A stretch of 64,000 bases of DNA from Candidatus Atopostipes pullistercoris. Lineage in GTDB: Bacteria; Bacillota; Bacilli; Lactobacillales; Carnobacteriaceae_A. Positions within the stretch are counted from its first letter, which is position 1. Each line of letters begins with the position of its first letter. A program made the position numbers and the translations under genes. This document shows positions 33,119-41,631 of the stretch, in pieces. The notes beneath the pieces were generated by a model. That model saw only the letters and a program-made list of their open reading frames with translations, was not told where the DNA came from and searched no databases. The stretch spans positions 2,941-66,940 of the forward strand of contig DXAZ01000033.1 of assembly GCA_019116785.1 (NCBI GenBank), written 5' to 3'.

Positions 33119-33685
33119 ATGATTACAATGGACGATATAATAAGGGATGAACACCCTACTTTAAGAACAGTAGCCGAAGAAGTTTCTTTCCCTTTAGACG
33201 ATCAGTATAAAAAACTTGCATCAGATATGATTGAGTTTTTAAAAAACAGCCAAGATGAAGAAATAGCAAAAAAATATGATTTGCGAGCTGGAGTGGGGAT
33301 TGCTGCTCCACAACTGGATGTATCTAAAAAAATATTAGCCGTTCATATTCCAGCAGAATTAGAAGATTCAAAGCCACTTAGTTTGGTTATGATAAATCCT
33401 AAAATAATGAGTCATTCTGTTCAAAGAACTGCTTTACAAGATGGCGAAGGCTGTCTTTCTATCGATGAAGTATATGAAGGCTTTGTGCCGCGTAATAAAC
33501 GAATTACCGTTCAGTATTACGATTTAGACGGTCAGAAAGTGAAGAAACGATTTAAAGGATATCCGGCTATTGTTATCCAACATGAGATTGATCATTTAAA
33601 CGGTATTTTATTTTATGACCATATAAATGAACAAGATCCGTTCATGATTCCAGAGGATATGGATATCTTCGAAGAAAATCAATAA
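33119..33685 (+). CDS. def: peptide deformylase
   Basis: GVGIAAPQ, EGCLS, HEIDHLNG motifs. GAGAGGTG RBS. Confidence 0.93.
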   Translation: MITMDDIIRDEHPTLRTVAEEVSFPLDDQYKKLASDMIEFLKNSQDEEIAKKYDLRAGVGIAAPQLDVSKKILAVHIPAELEDSKPLSLVMINPKIMSHSVQRTALQDGEGCLSIDEVYEGFVPRNKRITVQYYDLDGQKVKKRFKGYPAIVIQHEIDHLNGILFYDHINEQDPFMIPEDMDIFEENQ

Positions 33686-33704
33686 TTTCTTATTTGATAA
33701 AAAC

Positions 33705-33742
33705 AACTCCCTTAGTCAGCTAAAATGTCTGATAAGGGAGTT
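33705..33742. terminator. bidirectional terminator between def and tpx
   Basis: AACTCCCTTAGTCAG ... CTGATAAGGGAGTT inverted repeat. Confidence 0.7.
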
Positions 33743-33767
33743 ATTAATTTAATAAGGTGTTCGCATT

Positions 33768-34262
33768 TTATAGATTGTCAATCGCTTCTAACGTCGCATC
33801 ATAGTTTGGTTCATCCGCAATCTCTTCCACAATCTGAACATACTGGATGATCCCTTGTTGATCCACTAAAAATACTGAGCGGGCTAATCGTTCATCTCCA
33901 CCCATGTCCACACCTAGTCCATACGCTTTACCAAATTCATGTTTTGTGTCTGATAAAGTCGTTAAATCTAAGTCATTTTCGTCATTCCATTGGTTAAATT
34001 CATCCACCGTATTGCGGCTAACTGTTAGATAAACGACATCTTTTTTTGCGAGTTCTTTAGAGAACCGCTTCGTCTGTAGTTCACAGGTTCTTGTTTGAAC
34101 ATCAGGAACAACACTAACGACAACAGGTTGATTGCCGAAATAACTTGATAACTTTACATCTTCACCTTGTCGAGTGGTCAGTGTTGCATCAGGAGCTCGT
34201 TCTCCAACAATCGGTTGCGTTCCTTTTACTTCTAGTGGATCTCCTTTAAATGTAACTTGCAT
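33768..34262 (-). CDS. tpx: thiol peroxidase
   Basis: MQVTFKGDPLEVKG..., peroxidatic VPDVQTRTCELQ. Start trimmed to ATG 34262, after AAAGGA. Confidence 0.9.
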   Translation of the reverse strand: MQVTFKGDPLEVKGTQPIVGERAPDATLTTRQGEDVKLSSYFGNQPVVVSVVPDVQTRTCELQTKRFSKELAKKDVVYLTVSRNTVDEFNQWNDENDLDLTTLSDTKHEFGKAYGLGVDMGGDERLARSVFLVDQQGIIQYVQIVEEIADEPNYDATLEAIDNL

Positions 34263-34353
34263 TCTAAAACATCCTTTCATAAAGTAATTGTTTTATACTT
34301 GTTATCTTTAGTATATAAAGGATGTCTTAAGATAACAAAGGATTCGCATTGTA

Positions 34354-35385
34354 CTATAAAGATTTAACGTCTTCCATTGATTCTTTGTTAAAAGGGACAA
34401 TCTGCTCTTTTAGTTTTATAAACTTAAGCGGTCCTTCTCCTTTTTCCATCCTTACACAATCTGTATTGGCTAAATGATGTAAATGAGCCATGGTCTCTCC
34501 AGCCGCAAACCATTTTTGTGCTCTAGGAAACTCATCCCAATTATCGGCACGGATTCGCCAAGAAATATTCGCAGAAATTTCCCGAACCGTATATTCTCTA
34601 TCAAAATCCATCGCATCTAATATTTCTTGTAATCTTTCATTATGATGCAAAATAAGGTCATCCATACGTTCATGAGGATTTGTAATTATTTTTCGATGGG
34701 TGGCTAACGCTAAATCGATTTCCAAATTTTTTAATGAACGAAGTGTTTCTATATAAGTATTTAAAATATCTGGATATTCAAAGCCCCAAAAAGTGATATT
34801 TGGAGTAATCGGATCTAAAATCGTATCTGCACTTAATAAAATCTTTTTATCCTTATCATAAAAGCCAAGATGTCCTGGTGTATGTCCACTTAAATCCAAT
34901 ATTTCAAAATGATAATCCCCTACATTAAAATATTTTCCAATTTCTAGTTCGATATAATCAATCGTTTTCTTCAAACGGTGTTTATATCCAGGATTTTCAT
35001 CCGTGATTAACTCATCTTCTTCCATCCCATATAACGGAATTAAAGCTTCTAAAGCGTCCCAATATTCTCGAGTCACCATTTCATTGATTAGTTGTCCATC
35101 TACTTCTCCCGCATAGATTTTACAGCCTGCATCCGCAAACAAATTAACTAACCCTACATGATCTGAATGCAAATGCGTCAGTACCACTTCAACTTCTTCT
35201 ATAGACACGTCTAAGGCCTTTAAGCCATTTAATAAATCCTCTCTTGAAGCTTCTGCATTAAACCCTGTATCAAAGACAACTGTTCGGTCTTTTCCTTTAA
35301 CCACATAAAGATTTAAGGCTTTTAGTGGATTATTCGGTAATGTAACTGGAAATGTATAAATATCTTTCGCTACTTCTTTTATCAA
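34354..35385 (-). CDS. MBL-fold metallo-hydrolase
   Basis: 343 aa. HxHxDH motif THLHSDHVG and a downstream GHTPGH. Confidence 0.8.
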   Translation of the reverse strand: MIKEVAKDIYTFPVTLPNNPLKALNLYVVKGKDRTVVFDTGFNAEASREDLLNGLKALDVSIEEVEVVLTHLHSDHVGLVNLFADAGCKIYAGEVDGQLINEMVTREYWDALEALIPLYGMEEDELITDENPGYKHRLKKTIDYIELEIGKYFNVGDYHFEILDLSGHTPGHLGFYDKDKKILLSADTILDPITPNITFWGFEYPDILNTYIETLRSLKNLEIDLALATHRKIITNPHERMDDLILHHNERLQEILDAMDFDREYTVREISANISWRIRADNWDEFPRAQKWFAAGETMAHLHHLANTDCVRMEKGEGPLKFIKLKEQIVPFNKESMEDVKSL

Positions 35386-35527
35386 AATGTCTCCCCCTCT
35401 TTATTAAAGCGCTATCTCTTAATTATCATAGCGAGCTCCCGATTACAAAGTCAAATTAGTTCTTCTTATAGAAACCCTAAGTAGAAATTCGAATAAAAAT
35501 TAGGTATCCTATTAAAGAGGTGCAGAA

Positions 35528-36268
35528 ATGAAATTATCTATAGAAGAATATATGTTAGGGACCATTCCTATATTAGAAGTTGTATCAGAACAAAATAAAC
35601 ATGAATCCTTGCCACTTATTATTTATTATCATGGATGGCAGTCTTCAAAAGAACTCACGTTAACACAGGGGCGATATTTAGCTCGAGAAGGTTTTCGAGT
35701 CATCTTACCCGATGCCTTTAATCATGGAAAACGCAAAAACCCAATGACTGATATTCCATCATTAACCTTCTGGCAAAGTATACATACCAATTTATTTGAA
35801 TTTGGATATATTGTAGATTTTTTACAAAAAAGAGGACTTGCAGATGACAGAATTGGTGTCGGTGGTCTATCCATGGGCGGTATGACAACCACTGCCTTGC
35901 TTACACAACATCCCGAAATAGATGCTGCTGCTTGTGTAATGGGGACGCCAAAACTAGTTGCTTATCGAGAGCGTATTTTCAAGCATGCTAGTCAAATGAA
36001 TCGCTTCTTTCCTCATGATTACAATCTTTTATTAAAATGGATTCCAGAATACGATTTATCCTTACAACCTGAAAAAATAGCTGGACGCCCTCTTCTTTTT
36101 TGGCACGGCCGAGAAGATGTCGTTGTTCCCTATCAGCATGTTGTAGAATTTATAGCCGAACATGGAGACAAGGAAAATATTCAATTTATTGAAGAAGATG
36201 AAGCCCATCTTGTTCGTCCAGAGACCATGGAGAAAATTACGCAATTCTTTGTAGAGGCCATGCTTTAA
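35528..36268 (+). CDS. alpha/beta hydrolase (esterase / S9-like)
   Basis: 246 aa. Nucleophile elbow GGLSMGG, late acidic and His residues (GREDVVVP, EAHLV). GAGGTG RBS. Confidence 0.75.
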   Translation: MKLSIEEYMLGTIPILEVVSEQNKHESLPLIIYYHGWQSSKELTLTQGRYLAREGFRVILPDAFNHGKRKNPMTDIPSLTFWQSIHTNLFEFGYIVDFLQKRGLADDRIGVGGLSMGGMTTTALLTQHPEIDAAACVMGTPKLVAYRERIFKHASQMNRFFPHDYNLLLKWIPEYDLSLQPEKIAGRPLLFWHGREDVVVPYQHVVEFIAEHGDKENIQFIEEDEAHLVRPETMEKITQFFVEAML

Positions 36269-36298
36269 TCTCTTGCTTGAATTTTATATAAAGAAGTG

Positions 36299-36338
36299 AA
36301 ATCCACCGTATGAATTCCTACGATGGATTTTTATATTT
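36299..36338 (+). terminator. terminator after the esterase gene
   Basis: AAATCCACCGTA-loop-TACGATGGATTT followed by a T-rich run. Confidence 0.7.
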
Positions 36339-36351
36339 AAATATAGGATAT

Positions 36352-36876
36352 CTAGTCTCGCAATCCTTGTTTCCTCTGATATTCTTCAATTCCTTCGTTA
36401 AAAGAACGGATCGTTCCCCTAGGGACCATCTCCTTTATTTGAGCAGCAAGAGCATCTAACGTTTCATTATCCGGGTTTCCCCCGCCAACTTTTTTACTTT
36501 TATCTGTTGTATGTACCGTTATATATTTATAGCCACCGTCCATCACACTTAAATCGGTTAAATCTTCTGGTAGCGAAAAGAACTTATTTTTTTCTAATTC
36601 ACTCTGTAGAGCTTTTATCTCTTCATCCTCCAGCTCAAATTCGACCGTATGTGGAGCATTCTCATCTATTCCCATTTCTTCGTTAATCGGTGTTGTAATC
36701 TCTCCTTTTCCACTTCCGTAAAAAATGATTTTTCTTGAATACAAATTATAAATAAGATCCGGACCATAATCCCCATACTCGTATTCAATGAATGGTTCAT
36801 CCTCTTCCGAAAACGTCAGAGCATGACTACAACCAAAAAGAAAAACAGCAAGAATACCGACAAATAACTTTCGCAT
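36352..36876 (-). CDS. hypothetical lipoprotein
   Basis: Signal peptide with lipobox MRKLFVGILAVFLFGC. 174 aa. No family recognised. Confidence 0.65.
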   Translation of the reverse strand: MRKLFVGILAVFLFGCSHALTFSEEDEPFIEYEYGDYGPDLIYNLYSRKIIFYGSGKGEITTPINEEMGIDENAPHTVEFELEDEEIKALQSELEKNKFFSLPEDLTDLSVMDGGYKYITVHTTDKSKKVGGGNPDNETLDALAAQIKEMVPRGTIRSFNEGIEEYQRKQGLRD

Positions 36877-37091
36877 AAATAAAGCACTCCTTTATAAATA
36901 TGAAAAGATCCCCTTTCTAAAATTATATACATAATGCCAGGAGGTCAGCAAAAAATTAAAAAATAAAAGTATTTAAGTTGACAGCTCAAAGGTAAAAATG
37001 AGCTAAATAAGGTTAATCGGTTAATTGTCGTGTAAATAAATGATTGAAAGAAGCCCGATGAAGCGAAGTTATTATACAAGGAGAAATGGAA

Positions 37092-37350
37092 ATGGCAAAG
37101 CATGATGATGGACGAGGAAATTATTTCCAAAAAAGAGCGGGTACAGAAGATGCAAGATTCCATGTGGTTCCTGGTGATGAGAAGAAATGGGCAGTAAAAA
37201 AAAGAAGGCGAAGAAGATCCTGTTTATACAACAGATGATCGAAAAGAAGCCGTTGATGAAGCCGAAAAAAGAGTTAAAGAAGCTGGTACAAAAGTAATTA
37301 TCCATAACGAGCATGGAAAAATTGAAAAACTAGATGAATACGATAAGTAA
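37092..37350 (+). pseudogene. DUF2188-family small protein gene interrupted by a frameshift in an A8 run
   Basis: AAGGAG RBS at 37078. Frame 1 (37092-37238) gives MAKHDDGRGNYFQKRAGTEDARFHVVPGDEKKWAVKK, then nonsense. From 37204 a second frame gives EGEEDPVYTTDDRKEAVDEAEKRVKEAGTKVIIHNEHGKIEKLDEYDK-stop at 37350. Removing one A from A8 (37196-37203) restores one 85-aa DUF2188-like ORF. Confidence 0.75.
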
Positions 37351-37376
37351 ATCTTATTAAAATACAGACATCAGAC

Positions 37377-37409
37377 AAAAAAGCCAGAAGAAATTATCTG
37401 GCTTTTTTT
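37377..37409 (+). terminator. terminator after the DUF2188 gene
   Basis: AAAAAAGCCAGA-loop-TCTGGCTTTTTTT. Confidence 0.8.
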
Positions 37410-37476
37410 ATCGGTTAAAGCATCAAAAGAACCTTTACCATTCAGTTTTCTTTAACACTATCAGTTTCTAAATTCG

Positions 37477-37881
37477 TTATTTAAATTCTGACAATCTTTC
37501 ATTTATTTCTATAGCTAATTGTTCTGTTAAACGTTCGTGTCTTTTCACATTTAGAAAATAAACGACTATAAAAATAAATCCATTGCTTATTACACTGTTC
37601 ATTGTCTGAGGAATTAAACCTCCTAAAATTGCAATGACATAGAAAGTAAATAATGTACTACTTAAATTGATTATATGGTACATCTTTGTAGAAGAAAATG
37701 AGATAAGAGATAAACCATACGCTATTGCCCACAAAACAATAATTAAGGCAGCCAAAGTGAGTAAAAATTTATTGTTTGTTCCTTCATATTTCAAAAAATA
37801 ACCAAGAATAGCATTTAACAAAACAATCACAGTAAATGTAAAGCTCATACTACTTATATTATCTTCAAAAAATTCTTTCAT
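37477..37881 (-). CDS. small 4-TM membrane protein (DUF3021-like), partner of the LytTR regulator
   Basis: 134 aa with four hydrophobic helices. Starts 16 nt downstream of the LytTR gene stop. Confidence 0.7.
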   Translation of the reverse strand: MKEFFEDNISSMSFTFTVIVLLNAILGYFLKYEGTNNKFLLTLAALIIVLWAIAYGLSLISFSSTKMYHIINLSSTLFTFYVIAILGGLIPQTMNSVISNGFIFIVVYFLNVKRHERLTEQLAIEINERLSEFK

Positions 37882-37897
37882 TCAAAACCCTCCATTT

Positions 37898-38335
37898 TTA
37901 AATATTCAAATATTCTTTTACGTACTTCATATAATGACGACTAATAATCAGTCGATCGTCATTTACTAAATCTGCTTCTAAGCGGTAATTGGGTAAGGGA
38001 CTAACACTCCTTAGATGATCCATATTCAAAATTGTACTCTTATTAATTTGAACAAACGACTTATTTTTTAATTTCTTTTCAAAATGGTATAACTTTTTCT
38101 TACTCTCAAAGACATCTGTTTTAGTATATAAAAAAGTAGAATTGTCTACACTTTCAATATAAAAGATATCCGAACTTTTAATTATGTAAGTCTGATTTTG
38201 CTTAATTCCTTCTAACTGAATATCATTTTCTTCGATTAAATGGATAATTTTTTGAAGCTGATCATCAAAAATATTATAGGTAATATCAATTATCGTTTCT
38301 TCTATATTTTGATCTTCATGTAGAAATAATTTCAT
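37898..38335 (-). CDS. LytTR-family DNA-binding protein (no receiver domain)
   Basis: 145 aa. LytTR core ...IFYIESVDNSTFLYTKTDVFESKKKLYHFEKKL...FVQINKSTILNMDHL. GAGAGGAG RBS. Confidence 0.8.
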   Translation of the reverse strand: MKLFLHEDQNIEETIIDITYNIFDDQLQKIIHLIEENDIQLEGIKQNQTYIIKSSDIFYIESVDNSTFLYTKTDVFESKKKLYHFEKKLKNKSFVQINKSTILNMDHLRSVSPLPNYRLEADLVNDDRLIISRHYMKYVKEYLNI

Positions 38336-38454
38336 TCACTCACTCCTCTCTTGAATTAAATGTAGTTTACCTTCTAGAGTCCCTAGTTTCAACGAAATTT
38401 AAGTGTCCTGCATAAATCAATTAGTGAACTACACAAATCTCATTTTTTGCAAAT

Positions 38455-38488
38455 AAAAAGCCTTACCAGTTGGTTGGTAAGGTTTTTT
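38455..38488. terminator. terminator after the SDR gene
   Basis: AAAAAGCCTTACCA-loop-TGGTAAGGTTTTTT. Confidence 0.8.
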
Positions 38489-38514
38489 AAAAGTTTGCTT
38501 GTTAAATTTTTTTA

Positions 38515-39279
38515 TTAAATAACATCTCCAGGGGATTCTGGTAAAGTTTGTCCACCATCAACAATAAGTGATTGACCTGTAATATATTTTGCTTCAGGAG
38601 ACGTAAAGAATACAACGGTCGTTCCAATATCTTCTGGATCACCTAATTTTTTCATTGGTATATATTCTGCCGCTCCCTCACTCAAACCGGATAACTGTGC
38701 TTTCAGCCCTTCTGTAGCTATAACACCTGGTTGTACGGCATTGATTGTTATATTATATTTAGCATATTCCATAGCTGCACTTCTAATAAATCCTAAAATG
38801 CCTGCTTTAGTTGCTCCATAAGCTGCTCCTCCTGGATAACCGGTATTTAGACCTGTTACTGAAGAAGTAATAACAATACGACCATAGTTATTTTCCTTCA
38901 TTGCCTTTAAGACTGGCTTAACAATGAAAAACATTCCTTTTAAATTAATGTCAAAAACTTTATCCCAATCTTCTTCATCCATGTCTTCAATTTTTACATC
39001 AGGATAGATGCCTGTATTTGATGCGAGAATATCAATCTTGCCATATTTTTCAATTACTTTTTCCACTAAAGATTGAGCATTTTCCTTATCCGTTACATCA
39101 AGTTTTAAAAAATCTCCAGAAATTTTTTCGGCTACTTTTTGTCCGTTACCTTCATCAATGTCAGCTATAATAACTCTTGCACCAGCTTTTGCTAGTGACT
39201 CTGAAATTCCTTGTCCTATTCCATTTGCTCCGCCTGTAACAATTGCTACTTGATCTTTTAAATCAAACATTTTCTTCAC
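38515..39279 (-). CDS. SDR-family oxidoreductase (FabG-like)
   Basis: TGGANGIG cofactor motif, catalytic YGATKAG. 254 aa. Confidence 0.85.
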   Translation of the reverse strand: MKKMFDLKDQVAIVTGGANGIGQGISESLAKAGARVIIADIDEGNGQKVAEKISGDFLKLDVTDKENAQSLVEKVIEKYGKIDILASNTGIYPDVKIEDMDEEDWDKVFDINLKGMFFIVKPVLKAMKENNYGRIVITSSVTGLNTGYPGGAAYGATKAGILGFIRSAAMEYAKYNITINAVQPGVIATEGLKAQLSGLSEGAAEYIPMKKLGDPEDIGTTVVFFTSPEAKYITGQSLIVDGGQTLPESPGDVI

Positions 39280-39356
39280 CTTTCTTTAATAATTATTTCT
39301 GTTCATTTTTATTATAGTGAACTAAATCACAAATAACAAATGATATAAATATTTCT

Positions 39357-39782
39357 CTATTTTTCTTTATGTATATCCTTCATGCGATTGAACAACTCAA
39401 ATATAGGTTTATGTTTTCTTTTCAAAGAGATGGGTCGATACGTTTCTTTATCTAAAAAAGCGTGTTTTGTCTCACCAACCGAACGTATTTCTTTTGTATC
39501 TATATCTCTTACTTCATAATGGATTGTTAATTTAACCCCTGTGAATTCTGTAATTTTTGCTTGGATCTCAACTGTCTCTCCAAAACGCACCATACTTTTA
39601 TATTCAGCATATGCAGACAAAACGGGTACAATAATCCCTTCATCTTCCATTTGAAAATAACTAAAGCCTATTTCATCCATTAAATAAATCCGAGCTTCTT
39701 CAAACCATCGAATATAGTTTGAATGATGCACAATTTGCATTTGATCTGTTTCATAATATTGAACTTTGTGCTGCCAATTCAT
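39357..39782 (-). CDS. acyl-CoA thioesterase, hotdog fold (YbgC/4HBT-like)
   Basis: 141 aa. VQYYETDQMQIVHHSNYIRWFEEAR is typical of 4HBT thioesterases. Confidence 0.8.
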   Translation of the reverse strand: MNWQHKVQYYETDQMQIVHHSNYIRWFEEARIYLMDEIGFSYFQMEDEGIIVPVLSAYAEYKSMVRFGETVEIQAKITEFTGVKLTIHYEVRDIDTKEIRSVGETKHAFLDKETYRPISLKRKHKPIFELFNRMKDIHKEK

Positions 39783-39953
39783 TATTTTTTCAATCCTTTT
39801 TCTATAATATTTTTGGCTAGAATAAGTTTGTGTTCTTAAGTCTATTATACAGGTAATTCGGAATTTGATGAATTTATATTATCAAAGACCCTTCGCAAAA
39901 AGTTCTTTCATGATAAACTAATGAATAAGTACAAAGAGAAATGGTGATTATGA

Positions 39954-41417
39954 ATGAAAATAGCGATTGTCGGTTTTGGTATCAGTGGAGCGGCTTTGTT
40001 AATGTCTCTAAAAAGTTCAGGGAAATTAGACACGGATATACAAGTCGATATTTTTGATCCAAAGGAAGAACCTGCTGTTGGTTTAGCTTATGGAAAAGAC
40101 GATACTCATCTTCTACTAAATGCCTTTCCAACCGCAATGTCTATCAATCCAGAAGATAAATTTGAATTTTCAAAATGGTTAGCGCACCATTACCCAAAAT
40201 ATGATGCAAAAGTCGATTTAGTGCCTCGAACCATTTTTGGAGAATATGCCAAAGAAAGTATCATTCCTGTATTAGAAGAAGAAAATGTTACCCATTATAA
40301 AAAAGAAATAATAGATACTCTTGTAGTAAAAGAAAATTCCGCTACTGTCTATCAACTAACAGACTCTGAAGGAAAACCGCATGGTTCTTATGATTATCTC
40401 TTTTTAGCACTGGGAACTCCCTCCTACCAAGACTTTTATAATCTAAAGGGTCTTAAAAACTATATACATAATCCTTATCCAGTTGTCGAAAAACTAAATC
40501 ATATCAACAAAGATACGAGAGTTGCAATTATTGGATCAGGACTAACTGCTTTTGATCTAGTGAATTACCTTAGCCATGAGAAAGATTTGAAGCATCCAAT
40601 GGGCGTTTTTACGATTATTCCTTACTTTAATTCCCTGCGAGTCCCTCCTTATCAAGGACCTGCGCTTGAATATTCTTTAGACAAAAATTGGATTGAAAAA
40701 GAACGGCATAAAAACAAAGGGGTTATTCCCTTAAATCGGATGGTCAAAGTAATTGGTGAGGATTTAAAAGCGAATCATATCGACTTAGCCGCTATTCGTG
40801 AAAAATATGACCCTACTGATTTAGAGGGTACTTATCGTACTTATTTTGGACAAGACCATCCTGAGCTTTCAAAGCTTCAAGGCTATATTGCTCTTTTATC
40901 TGGGAATTTGGGTGATCTTTATATGTCCTTATCTAGGAAAGATCAAGCCCGCTATCATTCGGACTATGCTGCAATTTTTAGCCACTACCAAGTTCGACTA
41001 GCACCTGATGCTGTATCAAATATGTATCAACTCATGATTCAAGATCAGCTTTTTATTGAACCTGATTTGATCGAGATTAAAAAGCATGAAAACTTTATAC
41101 TGAAAAGCGCAAGTGGTAAGTCTTATCAAGCAGATGTTGTTATTAATGCTTCTGGTTTTGATTTCAATACGGATCGAATTGGCGATGATAACCCTCTCCT
41201 AAAAAGACTCTTAGACAAAGGATTTCTTTTAGATAAAGATAAAAGAGGCCTCCTAGTCACTTGGCCAGAAAGTCAAGTCATTAGTCAATTATACGGTCAA
41301 ATGGATACTTGCTTTTATATTGGGCCATGGTTATCCAATACCCATTATGGAAACAATAACGTTAAAGCCCTTGTTGAAAAAGCAAATGAAATTGTTACAA
41401 ATTATATAAAAATCTAG
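39954..41417 (+). CDS. FAD/NAD(P)-binding protein of unknown function
   Basis: 487 aa. N-terminal Rossmann MKIAIVGFGISGAALL and a second dinucleotide fold VAIIGSGLTAFD. Resembles the FAD-NAD(P)-binding (PF13454-type) family from memory. Confidence 0.7.
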   Translation: MKIAIVGFGISGAALLMSLKSSGKLDTDIQVDIFDPKEEPAVGLAYGKDDTHLLLNAFPTAMSINPEDKFEFSKWLAHHYPKYDAKVDLVPRTIFGEYAKESIIPVLEEENVTHYKKEIIDTLVVKENSATVYQLTDSEGKPHGSYDYLFLALGTPSYQDFYNLKGLKNYIHNPYPVVEKLNHINKDTRVAIIGSGLTAFDLVNYLSHEKDLKHPMGVFTIIPYFNSLRVPPYQGPALEYSLDKNWIEKERHKNKGVIPLNRMVKVIGEDLKANHIDLAAIREKYDPTDLEGTYRTYFGQDHPELSKLQGYIALLSGNLGDLYMSLSRKDQARYHSDYAAIFSHYQVRLAPDAVSNMYQLMIQDQLFIEPDLIEIKKHENFILKSASGKSYQADVVINASGFDFNTDRIGDDNPLLKRLLDKGFLLDKDKRGLLVTWPESQVISQLYGQMDTCFYIGPWLSNTHYGNNNVKALVEKANEIVTNYIKI

Positions 41418-41423
41418 ACAATA

Positions 41424-41470
41424 AAAAATAAGCTAGAAGTTATTTAAGATTAAACTTCTAGCTTATTTTG
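41424..41470. terminator. bidirectional terminator (FAD-binding gene / tRNA-Ala)
   Basis: AAAATAAGCTAGAAGTT-loop-AACTTCTAGCTTATTTT: 17-bp perfect stem. Confidence 0.85.
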
Positions 41471-41482
41471 TAATCATATAAA

Positions 41483-41555
41483 TGGAGATAGACGGGCTTG
41501 AACCGACGACCTCTTCGCTGCCAGCGAAGCGCTCTCCCAACTGAGCTATACCCCC
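41483..41555 (-). tRNA. tRNA-Ala (anticodon GGC), no encoded CCA
   Basis: Minus strand GGGGGTATAGCTCAGTTGGGAGAGCGCTTCGCTGGCAGCGAAGAGGTCGTCGGTTCAAGCCCGTCTATCTCCA folds by hand into a cloverleaf. G3:U70 alanine identity pair, anticodon loop CT-GGC-AG, discriminator A73. One U50-U64 mismatch in the T stem. Confidence 0.85.
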
Positions 41556-41631
41556 GATAATGTTGATTTTGCATCAACATTATTATTGTACAATATCTCT
41601 GGAAAAAATTCTAGTCTTTTTAGAAAATTGG

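Noticed and set aside
36945-37314. Two minus-strand track ORFs (72 and 80 aa)
   Set aside because: These are antisense shadows of the plus-strand DUF2188 gene. They give Phe/Ile-rich nonsense and have no RBS.
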